From NCBI GenBank assembly GCA_012295275.1, contig CM022665.1:28582001-28646000 (forward strand): DNA of 64,000 bases, in the 5' to 3' direction. The first letter of the stretch is position 1, and each line of letters starts with the position of its first letter. The DNA comes from Chrysomallon squamiferum (lineage: Eukaryota > Animalia > Mollusca). Below are positions 27,315-41,730 of the stretch, piece by piece. Below the pieces are notes generated by a model. The model had not been told where the DNA came from, did no database searches, and saw only the letters and a list, made by a program, of their open reading frames with translations. The position numbers and the translations under genes are program-made.

Positions 27315-27686
27315 AAGGTATAAAAACACTAAAAACTTGTTAGTGTTCAATCCAGAAAAAACAATTGAAGCAATTAAAAAAATTAAAAATAAATATTAAA
27401 AAGACAACAAATTTCACAGATGTTATTGCAGAAATCTTGATGTGTTATTGAGAACCTATACAAGTATCTTCCAGTGGAGTTTTTTTTAAATAGTACGCTA
27501 CTGAGAATAAGCAGCTCTGTAGTGAGTTACTAGGTCTGTAATACATTATAAATTTCTTCAGGTTGTCATGGCAAAAGACGAAATACAGTCTACATGCATC
27601 TTTATCACTTTGTTATTTTGTTGTCAGATTTAAATACTATCAGTCTTATCACTAAAAACAAATAATTAGAAAGTGAACAAAATTAA

Positions 27687-30600
27687 CCACAACACACAAT
27701 GTCTTTACTGTATTTAATTACTATAATTATTACACAGATAACTGATACAGACTGCACATTCAGCATTACCTACTTTGCTTCTTACACATATTACAATATA
27801 ACTGCAATACTAATCTCATTCCATGAAAATTTTACTTTCAACACATTTTAGGTTTTTTCCACAAAATCGAAGTTGACTTCATCAAATCATAACCGAAAAA
27901 AAAACCTCTACAATATTAGTATTTTGTAATGGAAATAAAAGAAAAATGCATTATAACTCGTACTTATATATCCTTAACCACAATGTGTAGTAGGCTCTTA
28001 AAAGGAGCATAATAAATAAAAAATCCAAACCATTTTTAAGCATATTAATCTAAAAGTACATTGTTAAACATACATATGGTTACATACCTAATATTAGAAA
28101 AACATCTACATAAATTTAAATTTAAATTCACAACATTCAGATACTCTTACACTAATTTATGAAAAAGTGTTTATTAGTAATATTTTAAGAAAATGTTTGT
28201 GCAATACTGATAATATTAAAAGGTGACAATGTTAGTTAAAAAGTATCATATAACTTCAAAATTAGTGAAACAAAATCATATTTAACTAAAGGCAGAAAGA
28301 ATTATTTCTAATTAAACGGGCAGAAAAAAAGAAAAATATTTTGAGCAAAAACAAAGTGAATTCTTAAATACAAGATTAGTGTTACATAAAATAATTTTAA
28401 AAACTGAACTTATTAATGTAATGTCAGAAAACATAAGATTATATTACTGTTTTTAATAAATATGTTAAAAAGGACAAACATAATTGTGGTAATTTCAGAG
28501 CTTCAAAGGTCTGCAGATGTGTTTTAAATATATTTATTTAGATAGACAGTGGGGAGAGAAACTGGCTGAGATCTTTTATAACCAAAGAATGCCATATGCT
28601 TAATATCTTAGATTCAGAAATTTTGAATGAACAGATAATTTTAATACAGAAAATTACATCCATTTCTAAATGAAACAGCAGTGATTATTATTTTCTGTTT
28701 AAAGTACAGATAAAAAAAAAAAAAAAAAAAAAATTAAAGCTGCATGACTGCGTATCTTCTAAGTTGGATTAAATTTCAGCATATGTTATCTGAATAACAA
28801 CATTATTTATAAATGTATATATTTATATATATTTTTTATTTTTTTAAATCAAAATCAGATTTAATATACATATCTACAAAACTGTTCAAAATATGAAAAA
28901 CACATATTCATTTTCTAGTCATTACAAAATTAAAAAAAGAAAGAAAAGTTATTCACATTGTGAAAACAGCTTGTGCATAAACTATACTAAATTAACAACC
29001 ATTTGCAGTGAAATGTATTTGTAACAAGTGACACACAAAACACTTTACATATATGTACAAAATATGTACATCAAATTACTGCTACTGCTGTAACTAACGA
29101 GTACCATCATGTGCTACAAGCTTATTTTGTTAACAGATATTTTGAGGTATCCTAACTTGCCAAGTAGTGATAAAAAGATCAAATCAATGTTTTTCAGAAC
29201 AAAGAGCTAGATTGTTCTATAAATATGATAATAATAAATAAAATATTATTAGTCATATAATCTTTGTCAGCTGAATTACATTTAAAAATAATAATAATTT
29301 GGTAGAGGTTAGGCAGATATAAACAGAAATTACTGTACAGTTGTTTTGCAGATACAAAATGATATTATTTATTTGAAGGCATCTTTCACATTATTTATTC
29401 AATATTATTATTAGGTAACTTTTTTTCTACACAATTCTCTCTCAAAATCATAACAAAATGGAAATTTTCAGTCAAAGGAATGTAAAAAAAGTTAATTTTT
29501 TAAATATTTTTTTATACTATTGTCTTTTTTTTTTTTTTTTAATTGCAGCAACTCTATATTTAAATTAAAAAAATGTGATATTTATTCAGTAATGTTTCAA
29601 ATGATTACAATATAATACAATAAATATCTAATTATACACAATTATCTACGAATGCTGAAAAGAAGCTACTTCTGGTATTTATGACAAGTAAATCACTGAA
29701 GTTCTATGATCAAAATCAAAACATTAAAGCAGCAGTATTTTTTTACTTTTTTATGTTCTACTGAAAAGATCAAATCATTTTTAGAAAATTTAAAAGAACA
29801 AAAGATGATTGTTGAGGAAACATTTTATGTAACTTAATAATGGAGTTATGGAGGAAACATTTTAAGTAACTTGTAATGGAATGGTCAGTTTAAAAATAGA
29901 CAGAACCTGTAGAAAATTAAAACTAGATAATATTACAGCGTGAAATGATTTAAATTTTGTTTCGAATCTACAAAACAATTCATCATGCAGAGATGTAATA
30001 CAAGTTTAGAGGTTGTACAGAACTGATATTTGTTTTTATTATAACAACCATTTTTAGTTTCATTAAATTATACAGTTAAAATAACAATAATAATGTTATA
30101 TTTTTACCTCCATATTTAAATAACATAATTATTTAGTTTAATATAGAGCTAATAAGTTAGGTCATACAGAAAAAACCCTAAAAATAACATAAATTTACTG
30201 TCCTAAAAGGTGAAGAATTATCACATAACAACACGAAAGTACATACATTGTTTAGTGGAGATTACTAACAGTTTCAAAACATAAAAACCACTAACAAACT
30301 GCTTTATAGTTAAGCATACTGGATTACTTCATATTTCAATATGAAATGTTTCTCTGAATGTGTTATCCAGTTTTAACTTCCACTTGTATATGTAATTATT
30401 AATTTTAACTATAAAAATTTATATTTTTTAACATCCAGCTGTTACTTTCTTTTCTTTTTTAACTTTAAAAAAAAAATTCCACTTAATAACATCTGACCTC
30501 ATTTTAAATGAGAAAAAGTGTAATTGTTATTTAAATACTTCAGAAATCTTACCCCCCCCACCACAAAGAAAATGAAAAGTCCAAGAGATAAACACATACA

Positions 30601-31274
30601 AAGAACAGTGACATCCAAACAAAAAGAAAATATTAAATTTTGTAATATTTTACTCATTAAAGATATGCTACCTGTTATTATGCAGCACAGGAATATTTAA
30701 AAAAAACAAAAAATTAAAATATAAAATCATTTTTCTAGAATAATATCTTATTTTCAAAGCTTATTATGAAATGGAACATAATAAAACAATATATAAAGAA
30801 TATTTGTTACTGTTAATTAGAACTGCTAAAATGTATCTGGGACAAATTTGAAACAGCCAACAGGATTATTATATATAATGAAAATATTAAATACAAATTA
30901 TAATTTAAAAATAAAATAAAAATTTTGAAACTTTTTGGATTTTGAATAATTAATTTTCAAATCTGTAATAAAAATGGCTAAGTTTGGCTTACTTCAAAAC
31001 TGCGAAGTAAGATAACATGAATATTAGTACATCTGATCAGACTAGAACAACCATCCCACAATAGGAATGTATAATTCTTACATTTCAGAAAGAAACAAGT
31101 ATCTTGTTTATCAAGAAAACCCGAACATTTGAGTCTGCTTTCATCTGATCAATGTAATTAATCAATAATTCATTAAATCAAAAGTACAGTGACATTTTTT
31201 GCACTTATAATTGCCAACAATAAATAAGAAAAATGTCTACAATTATGTACTTGCTGACATAGTAATAGCCACAG
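27687..31274 (-). other. Putative ~3.6 kb 3'UTR of NAPA
   Basis: No coding exons and T-rich on the minus strand. ATTAAA on minus at 27713-27718 is followed by a GU-rich tract on minus at ~27687-27700. Confidence 0.4.
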
Positions 31275-34200
31275 TTACAACAGTTCAGGTTCAGAGCTCA
31301 GCGTGTTCTTCACTTTTAGAAACATGCTGGTCAGCCAGGGGTCAAGCCGGGAAATGCCGTCATAGTTTTTCAGTGCGTCAGTATATGCTTCAACATTCTC
31401 ATCCTCACAGGCTTGAAGTAATGTCTGAAATGTTAAAAAAATAACAAAAATGTTTCATCTACTTAAAGCTGAATAATTTTCAGATTGTTATCTTCAAATG
31501 ATTTGATTGACTTAATGAAATTTAAAAATAAATACTCTGTATTTTACCTTTAAAAGTTTGCATTCTCTTGAATCAGCGAAAGCTGGGAACATTTCTTCAT
31601 ATTTCTGTAAGACAAGTTTAGTGTTGAGTGGGTCTGCCATGCACATGTGACAAACAGCAGCCCGAAAGAAATGATCCTTGGCACTGTATTTCAGCAAACT
31701 GTTGTCCATGGATGATACAGCAATCTGAGAAAAAATAATTATTTAATGCAGTAGTTGGTAAACAATTTTTGTGTTATGACCCTTTTGACTCAGTACTCTA
31801 ATTTCTTTCATAAACTTTTGCATGAAGTTGTAAAGAATTTTGGTTTATGATGCACGGTGAGTGAAAGACTGCAGCAAGTGCAAATAAATTATTTTTATCT
31901 CCATTTAGAAATTCCCAAGGGTGGCATATCATCCATTTTGGGAAGCAATGATTTTTAACAATACTTAAATGCACTATAATATACTATGTTATTAATAACA
32001 TTATTTTCTTTCTTTTTTTTCTTTTTAATATAGGTAACAAAACTTTATCCAAATAACATTTAATAAAGAGAAATAATAGCAGGGTTAAAAAAAAAACATT
32101 TAAAAATTTGTCAATATGTTAATTACAGTAAATAACATTTAACAAATTAAATGTGAAAAAAATACAACATACATACAAAATAAAACTACCTGCTCATATA
32201 TCTCAATTGCTTTCTCATAGTTTTCAAGCTGGGCAGAAAACTGTGCTACTTTCAGCAAACATTTATTGGCAGAACTGTGCAAAAATAAAGAAAGGATTGT
32301 AATTTATTTAAACTAATTTTTAAAAAAAATAACTAAAATATACTTTATGTTTTGTTCATAATTTTTTAATTCTAGTTTCTGTTAGGTGTAAACATTTTGA
32401 TGAGGACATTAATATCTGACTGAATATTATATGCTTCATGATGTATCAATGAGTGTATTAACAACTGAAATAAAATATATTTATTTAAAAGAGGTAAATT
32501 TTTGTTTTAAAATTACAGTTCATCTGATAGTTTGTAAAATTTATTATAATTTGTTTGCATCTGTTGTGTACATTCTGCTATGATTTTAAATGTGATGCAT
32601 ATAATTTCAATGAACTGAAGTTAAAATATAAATGTATCAATCAGCAGTAACCATGGATGTGAAAGTTGTACTGGGAATATCCCTTGATGTACTAGTAATT
32701 AAAACAAAAATACTTTATGAATAATAAATCTTTAAAATATTCCAACAATTGTTTAGTTTAATTTCTTAAAATAAAAAAATTCTTAAGTAATGTTAAAACA
32801 ATAATGATATTGTGTTTAGTAACCTGTTTGATTCCTCTCCTTTGAAATAATCTGCTGCTTGCTCATAGTTTGTTATTGCCTGAAAAATAAAATTAATAAT
32901 AAAACATTAAATATAGTTTTGGTGGGATGTACAGATAGCCATCTAAATCTAGTAATCATTTGACTACATAACCAAAACAAGAATGAGGATATAAAAGCTG
33001 TTACTCTCTTGATTTTTCTTTCAACACTGACAATTTCATCAACTTAATAGTCAACAAAAATAATGTAGATAATTCACTAAACTCTGGCTGGTAATTTTAA
33101 TTATAAACTATTAAATATAATTGTCAAGAAAGTCTAGCACTTCTATATAAGTATACATTCTTTACATTGGCTACATGCAACAATACGTATGTGCAGTTAT
33201 GATTATGTTTTTCTATAGTACTACATTATTATTAAAAAATAGAAATACTTTTATTATTTAATGGACTGGATCATATAATAACATGACAATTTTATAAAAA
33301 ATATATTTATGGATTATATTTTTAAGTCATGTATTGACTGCATAAGAGACAAACCTTTTCCATGTCAACTAAATCAGTTTCATATATTTCAGCAATCTTT
33401 TCATGATGTTTGGCAGCTATTGTAAACCTTCCCTAAAAATGAATTAAATCAAAATGTGTACATAAAATTGTAATGAACACATAACCTATATATATTTTGT
33501 ATACTTCCAAATTTGTTGTTAATTGGTCATTATTGTGTTGACAAAATGTGATGTTTGCACTGATCTATGAATAAATATATTTCCTCTCACAAGATACTGA
33601 AAGATTAAAACAAATGTCTGGTGCATAACAAAACACTGGATTAAAAATATTCCTCACTGTACCAACTTCCCTTCCCAGTAGTTTATCACAACTGATTTGT
33701 GTAAGGTTAACTTAACTGGATGATGCATTTAACATATAAAAGAAAATAATGAAAAATGGCTGCTTCCATGAATCACCAAGTACTATTACTAGATATTTGT
33801 TATATTTTTCCATCAACTAAAATTTTCTTCCAGAAATAAACAGTCACACACAATTTTAACAATGAAAAAAAAAAAAAAAAAGAAGGTACAAAAATACTGC
33901 TAGATAATTTAAAAAAAGAAAACTTACCACACTAAATGTAAAGGAAGAAAGAAAAAATTGTTGAGTTACAAATATGAACAAACACAATTTGAGACAGCTA
34001 AAAATCAGTTTTAAAATCTACCATTAAGATTTTGCAATAAACATGTATACCAATTTAAATTTAAAGAATTCAATATTTTGTTTTAATTTTTGTTTTTTTA
34101 CACTGATAGTTTTTAAATACTAACCATGTCTGTATATATTTCCACTGCTTTACGGAAACTGTTTACAGCCTCTGGATAAAAAACAGTTTTGAAAAACATT

Positions 34201-37030
34201 TTCTACTTAATATAATATTAAGGTAACCATACTTCTGTTAAAATATGCAATTTGTAACAAAGATTATAAAAACAAACAACAGGCATAATTAGTCCCAAGT
34301 TTGTTCATTTGTGAATTATAATTTTTAATGTTCTGAAAAGAAATAATAAAGTAAATAACAGTAAAGATATCCAGCAAATATAATTAAAATAATCATCATG
34401 TTCATTATAAATAACATCAAATTAAGTAAATGGAAATATGTATGTGGAACTTTATGAAAATGGATATAGTGTACATGCATTCTAATTGATAAAAAAAAAA
34501 AAAAAAAAACCAACCTCCAAAAATATATATATATATAATACTGAGGAATAAAAAATGAAATAACAATTCCCAAATCTGTCAAAATTCTTTTTAACTAATT
34601 ATTATCTGAGAATGGAAGTATTAATTACAATATTACTGACTATTCTAATGTGTGTGAATGTAATTATATAATTCAGAATCTACTTACCCTGTGGGTCAGC
34701 CTTTCTGTAACAGGTGCCAGCATCCACATAGTGGGTTGCTGCCTCGTGACGGCTTGTAGCTTTAAGCTGTAGTTGTGCCGCACGACAAAATGCATCTCCA
34801 GCAGCTGTAATGGAGAATAAACAATGTGGACGCAGTGAAAAAATATACATACAAATAATAATGAAATCAATATTTAAAGTTTAAATTAAACAGAAATAAT
34901 ATCAGCACATATCTATTAAAAAATGAAGTTCGTCTTAACACTGAATACATTATCAACACAATACTTGTTTGATGCAGGATGAAATTTTTTCAGTTTAAAC
35001 AGCAAGTTAGTATTTACTATACAGAATTTTGTAAAAGGTCATTTTTTTAAACGTCAGTATACTTCATTCAAACAGTCAAGTTTGGTAATTAAAACATGAG
35101 AAAAGTTGCATTAAAATTGTTTGGTTTTTTTTGTTGTTGTTTTTTTACATATTAATGGTTCAATAATGAGATGTTAAAAATTTAACTGACACGCATTTTA
35201 TCGTTTTTCTTTTTCATGGGAATTCTAATATTTATTGATACTAACCAGCCCATTTTTTAGCCATTTTAAATGCATTGGCAGCTCTCACATATAATTCAGC
35301 TGCTTCTTCAACCTTTGTTGAACCACTTAAAAAAAACAAAAAAATATATTTATAAGATTTTTTAAATAAATAATGCATAAAATACATGTTAAAATGAACA
35401 GGTTTGTGTTATTACTTTTTTGGTATATATATTTCATTTTGTTTTTGTTTTTAATGTTTGTCAGCTGTCCAAGTAATTAAATGAATCTAAAATATTAAAA
35501 AAAAAAGAAAAAAGGAAGGTACCCGCTATAACTGAGAAGAGCCAACAACTTGTTCAAAATGACAGACAAGTAATGTTTATACTCATTCTGATTGTTTTGA
35601 AATAAAACAGAGGTGGTTTAATATCTAATCTGTATTTGAATGAGTGATAATAGAGATATTTGAGTTTATTTAACAACAAGTGGATTCTGCCAACAGCCAA
35701 TCAATCATTTTGGACGTGGTTCTGGTTGATGAAAGGAAAACATTGATTCACTATCCACACAGTATAAAGTATAATATATTATTCTTGCAAGGATTTCATT
35801 TAAGATGGCTGCTGACATGTATTTTGGCAATTTTGGTGTAGGATTCTTACTGCAACATCCCTTCTTTTTGCTCTGGTATGTATTCCCTCCATAATATTCA
35901 CTGCATGTTCTAGTAAGCCCTCATTTAATATAATTCAAACCTCTCACCACAAAGTTCTAACTGTACAATAATACATATTACACTGTTGTCCCGTTACAAA
36001 AATGAAGGTAAATTCTAAGAAATTGTGCTTCTGATTTTGTTAGTTACATGTAATACATTATTACAATCGAATGATGCCTAAATCCACATCAAAGCTAGCC
36101 TCCTGCATATTGATTAGATAATCAACTCTCAATAATTCCCTTTACAAGCTAGGTAAATGGGTTATGCTATCATTTTCAACTTAGTTGCTAACTATAACAT
36201 TTGAGTGGTCAAAATCTAGCTCAATGTTCCAGACTCAAGATAACAGGACACCAATGCTGAAGACAATGAAATAGTTCAAGCTGTAGATGGCCATTAATAC
36301 ATGAACTACAACAAAGGAATAACCATGCAGCTGATACAAGAAAGAATGGCACTATGTTTTGTGAAAACTGCAATCCTTGGTTTTACCAAGCATATGAAAA
36401 ACTGACAACCTGGCTCTTATGTACAAGGCACATGGAAGAAAATGCAACACATACCAAGCATATGAAAAACTGACACCACATTAAAATGGATTCTGCTGCA
36501 AATGAATTTGGATACTTTTGCAGTGCACACACTATAGATGCTAGTGACAGATTCAAGTTCTGTGACTCCCTTGCACTGCTGAATTCAGCAGCTGGAAAAA
36601 GGAGTTTTAATGGGTGATGTTCAACAAAGAAAAAATTATCTGTTTAGTATCCTTTGTACAAAAAAAAAGGATCATTTAATGCTGGAATGCTGGGTGCAAA
36701 TTCTTTTAAAAAGAAACATTGAAAAAAACATGAATATAGTAAGTCTCATACAAAATGTGCTGCCTCAAGTCAGCAAAACAAGGAAAACTGGAAGCAACAG
36801 AAATTAATGAAAGCATTATGAATGTTAAATAAAATGAACACTGAACATTTAAGTTATCTATTTTGCAATGCATGTGCCATTACCAAACATGCCAAGCCAT
36901 GATATGCATCTATGAAAACTATTATTCCTGAAGTTTAAATAATTATTTAAATTTTTTAGTGCTCATGATAAAAGTATATTTAAGTATAAATAAATAATTT
37001 TATATTGTTTTTTTTAATTATTATTAATAT

Positions 37031-37068
<38 letters not shown>

Positions 37069-38383
37069 GAAGGGGTTAACCAAGATTTACAAGGGCTTCT
37101 GTATTTTATAACCAGTGACAAAAATAAAAAAATAAGATCTAGGTCTGCAAAGGTGACCAGTAAGACAAGACAGAGTGATGCAAATGAGACATGATGCATT
37201 CATTTCCAAGATGGCTCCAACAGCTCAAATCCATCTAATATTAAGCTACTCCTTCATCCTTAGAAACCATGCTTCACGACTCCTTTGGTTCATAAAAATA
37301 AGAAATTACTTTGAAAGTCAACACAGGAACATTGCATCATGTTAGGACTAATAGGAATGACAGCTTTCCTATATATAGCTGATTACTCATGCATATCCAG
37401 ACAGGACTTGACAACACTGATGTAGAAATTGGCCATAAACTACTTATTGAAACTGCAATGCTGCTCTTATGTACAAGGAACTCAGAAGAAAACCACTGAC
37501 TAGAGTGTGAAGATGCACATAACAGGCAACATTTTGGGAAGGCAAGGGCTGCTTTGACAAAAAGGCACAAGTTATAAGAATGCTTTATGAAGCTCAGCTG
37601 CCATAGAATCCCTCTTCGATGGTCTAATAATAATTGCAAGGGTATGGACAGCATACTGAAGCTAATAAAGAAATGGAAATCACAGACAGTTTGTGACCTT
37701 GTTGAATAGCTTACAATGTGATTTCAACTCAAGAGCATGTGATATGCACTATATGGGGCAGGAGCTACAATCTGGATCAGGCAATGCAGTGTTATTAGAT
37801 GATGCATATGACTTGGAATTCAATATGAAGATCTATCTCTTCATGACATTTTTTTTTTTTAATGGAGTCTCAAGGAAAGAAAACCAGACTCATTTTAATT
37901 TTCATCAACATATATATATATATATAACAAAACTATTTTCACATTATCTATGAATCATATTTGTAATTTTATTTACTACTATACATGTAATGTACGCATA
38001 AAATGGTTAGCTTTATACAGAAATGTAATGTTTTTAAAAACATTTCAAAAAATACTTTACATTTATGATTTAATAATTTATTAATTCAATATAAAAACTG
38101 TAATAATTATTTACTGTGAAATTAATAGAAACAACGTGCATGACATCATCTAAAATAAGTCCATCTAGTTCAGTTCCATAATGTAATATTCTAAACAGGA
38201 AATGGATTCATTTAGTGATTTATTCATATAAATAAGTTAAATTCATCTAGCTCGTTAAAACATCATCTGTTTATTTTGATGCTCTGTTTACCCGAATAAT
38301 GATCCAAAGAATCCTTTGGATGAATTCAGTTTCTTTTCAGCTTCTGCTATTAGTTCTTTGCCTTTGCTTTCTTGGTCCTCCAT
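31275..38383 (-). CDS. NAPA: Alpha-soluble NSF attachment protein (alpha-SNAP), ~293 aa, 9 exons
   Basis: Exons (-): 38292-38383, 35246-35325, 34688-34804, 34125-34171, 33355-33432, 32824-32879, 32190-32274, 31548-31724, 31275-31424. GT-AG, in frame, 882 nt. Reads [56 protein letters not shown]...[16 protein letters not shown]...[19 protein letters not shown]...[16 protein letters not shown]...[13 protein letters not shown]...ISRLDPWLT...EPELL* with the conserved penultimate Leu. Confidence 0.97.
36080..37760 (+). mobile_element. Highly decayed RTE-clade LINE fragments in NAPA intron 1 (antisense to NAPA)
   Basis: Broken translations resemble RTE RT C-terminal motifs: [11 protein letters not shown] (cf. 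ETWTLYRRHIKK) ~36405-36440, EFGYFCS (cf. F.YLGS) ~36505, [16 protein letters not shown] (cf. QRCLRSIL.IKWQD) ~36620-36675, FGKARAAL ~37533-37556. The stretch gaaactgcaat..ctcttatgtacaagg occurs at both ~36363 and ~37450. Confidence 0.6.
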
Positions 38384-38399
38384 CGTAAAGTTTCTACGG

Positions 38400-38520
38400 T
38401 TTTGACAAACAAGGAAATGTACTGAAGATTGTAATATTCTATTTTCTATCGATTACATTGCCTTTAGGATTACTCCGTCACTTCCCTCCCACGGGACAAA
38501 TATTTTAATTTTGCTACGCT
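38400..38520 (-). promoter_or_regulatory. NAPA proximal promoter with composite ETS-CRE-like site
   Basis: GGAAGTGACG on minus at 38476-38485, ~95 nt upstream of the ATG; CpGs begin to appear here. Confidence 0.4.
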
Positions 38521-38788
38521 GCAAGAGAAATGTTAGAACCAGTGTTTGAATACAAACACCATCTATCAAGGGAAATAACTGATATTCTTTGCTAAATACA
38601 ATAAACTAAATAGCCTGAGTTACTTTTAATTATTTATGAAAGCATAGCAGTACAGTGATTATTTATATCTACCGTAAGTTTTTGTTTATGCTAGCCTATT
38701 ATTTTATCCTTCAGTTATGTACACATAATGTTACTTTAAAAAAAGTTTTAATAAATCTTTAGACTGAAATAATTCGCATTACTTGTGA

Positions 38789-38843
<55 letters not shown>
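38789..38843. repeat. (AAT)n microsatellite
   Basis: Directly visible. Confidence 0.95.
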
Positions 38844-38844
<1 letters not shown>

Positions 38845-38945
38845 CAACAAATAAAAATAAAAAAAAAAAAAAATTAAAATGTTTTATTGTTTCTTAAATA
38901 TCGTTTTTGCATTATTTTCAACTAGGCAGTCCAAATCAAAATATC

Positions 38946-38981
<36 letters not shown>

Positions 38982-39269
38982 AATAATAAATAATAATAAC
39001 AACAAAAGTAATAACTATAATAATAACAACAACAACTATTATTATTAGTATTAGTATTAGTATTATTATCGCTCAAACCAATAACTGTTTTGCTTATGTG
39101 TAATTTCCATTCACACACTCCAAAAGGGACTACTTTCTTTATTTTCCATTACAAACCACACAAAGTGAAACTTAAGATGAGCTCCAGAAACAACTTTAGT
39201 TCACATGTCCAAAATTTTAAACAAAAATCTGTTACAGAACAAGCCATAGAAAAAGATATAACCATGGTT

Positions 39270-39361
39270 ACCCAGACCGCGTTGCTGCTCGCGAAGGGCT
39301 CCCATAACAGTTCCAGCTTCAGGAACACCCCCCCCCCCGCTAAAATGTAGGTCCGCTACTG
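39270..39361 (-). mobile_element. Terminal fragment of a non-autonomous DNA transposon (MITE, hAT-like end)
   Basis: The minus strand begins CAGTAGCGGACCTACATTTTAGCGGGGGGGGGGG, a CAGTRGCGGA...polyG terminus typical of invertebrate MITEs. It is a GC-rich island in AT-rich DNA. The partner TIR was not found. Confidence 0.4.
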
Positions 39362-40782
39362 GCAGTATTATATGTTTTGAAGTGAAAGCCCCAGTACTTG
39401 GTAACTGGGCCACTGCCATATTAATGGATACTGTGCCTTCAATATTGGATTTGTTGATATCATAAGATACTTGTTCTTTAAAATACGTTTAGCCGTTTCT
39501 AATTGTGTTCCAAATTAGAAGTTGGAAAATCTGTTAATGATGGTTTTAAATAGCTGGCCTTGCCTACTGCGCAAAATAGTCTGTCAGTAGCTACGAATGT
39601 ACTAAATGAACTTGAGAAAAATGCACGAAACTATATTACTAACAAGATTAGGATATATCAGATTTTAAGAAAACACTGAAAATGAATTTTGCAGTTTTGC
39701 GCAAATAACTCACACATATCCTGGAAACACTTGCCGAAAATTATATTAAAAATGTATAAAATCGATTTTATTTCCACTTAACGCTTAAACGTATATGCTA
39801 AGTATTAAAGTTTACGATAGAATGCACAAAAATTTAAATTTGAAATTGATCGTCAGATTGCATTCTCCGCTGAGGATATCCCGTTTTACACAAATGAAAA
39901 ATAATGAAAATGAATTAGTAAAATATATCATGAACGTAAAACTTTCACAGGACAAACAAGTGAACTAACATTACTGTCGCCTTACATTGTACATCTTTAT
40001 AGGAGTGCTACTGCAGCTGCTGCTGCTTTTGTTGTTGTTCTTTCATCACTATTCCTTTTTTTTTTTCTTTTCTTTTTTTCTTTTTTTCTTGACAAAAAAT
40101 GCAGCATACGCCTTCCGGAAATATCTAGAATTAATCCGTTAATAAAAAAATAATAATAATAAATAAGTAAAAAAGGTGTCTGATTTAAATATTAAAAATG
40201 CAGCATACCTATTAGTACAATTATCTAAATGCAGACATGACTAGCAAATTTTTTATTTTTTATTATCATTATTATTATTGTTATTGTTTTTAAAAGAATT
40301 CTTACATTTTTATATAGTTTTTACCCATTCAGTATTACCTACATGAATACAGATTATAAATCAGCTTATCTAATTATAAATTTACTTTAATTTTCACTGT
40401 GACATGGTACGAGATTATCGCTTTTTGAAATCAACGTTCACATCGTAACTTAATCCGGGAATATATATTTTTTTTGAGAAGGTGGTAGAATAATGAGATA
40501 TTGAAATGACCCCCTGTCGCCGAGGGCAGCTTATGTTTGTCAGACGATAGGGATATAATTCCAATAGCAACATGACGTGAATATAAAGTAAAATTCTAAC
40601 AGGGGATAAGATTACATATTATTGTGAAATATATGCATAATCCTCGTCTTTTTTATGTTTAAATTGCAAGAAATATAACATACTTTTATGTGCACTGTTA
40701 ATCTGATTAACATACAGAGTGGGACACCGTATTGCTTTGACCTTTTTGAATTTTCATTCCGAGTGGGTTTCAGTGACACAGC

Positions 40783-40784
<2 letters not shown>

Positions 40785-40833
<49 letters not shown>
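40785..40833. repeat. (GA)n microsatellite
   Basis: Directly visible. Confidence 0.95.
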
Positions 40834-40836
<3 letters not shown>

Positions 40837-41444
40837 TAGTTAAATAAAATGAATTATGAATAAAAGTAATAATATTTTTCATATTATTATTTGTTTAATA
40901 CGTGAATGATGATTATGAAAAAGATAAGGATTCGTCAGCCATTGTGACTGGAATGTTTTTCTTAACTTTATTTATTAATCTTAGCAGATGCTTTTTTTAT
41001 TTTATTTTATATTTTGTTTTGTTTTACTTATTACTTTTTATTTCGTGTGTGTCTATATAATATTTATAAATATCTTTTTTTGTGTGTGTGGTTGTTGTTT
41101 ATGAAATACGAGCAACCAAAAAAAAAATTAAAAAAAAAAAAAAAAAAAAAAAATCAAAAAAAAAAGTAAATTAGAAACACTAGACCTGCGTGTTCTATGG
41201 ACTCTAGATGAAGGGTTTCTGACCATAATCCGTAGCTGGTACCCCAGTTACTCAAAACAGAGAAATTCAATATGGCAGCTTTTGGTGGCTTGCTCTTAAC
41301 GTGACTGCTCAAACAAGTGTTGTGATGAATAATGGTGTCAAACTCAGAGGTGTACCGAGACAAAGATTTTATTAATGCAAAGATGAGATAAAAAGCGGCT
41401 GAAATTACTTTGAATCAACTGGTCCGAATTCAGAAATTATACCT

Positions 41445-41730
41445 CTGCTATTATTATTATTATTATTATTATTATTACTGCTACCACTACTCTTAATATT
41501 AGTAGTCCTACTACTTCTGCTGCTGCTGCTACTACTACCACCACTACAACAACTATTATTATTACTACTCCTATTGCTGCTATTATTATTATTACCACTA
41601 CAAATATTACTATAAATCATTTCATCGGCAACGTCAGTGCCGGTATTACTGCTACTACTACTACTACAACTACGTAAATAAGACCACCTTCTACTACTAA
41701 CATAACTTCTGCACTTTCTACCATTACTCA
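41445..41730. repeat. Mixed trinucleotide low-complexity tract (TTA/CTA/CTG)
   Basis: Directly visible; source of the poly-S/N ORF 41405..41731. Confidence 0.85.
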
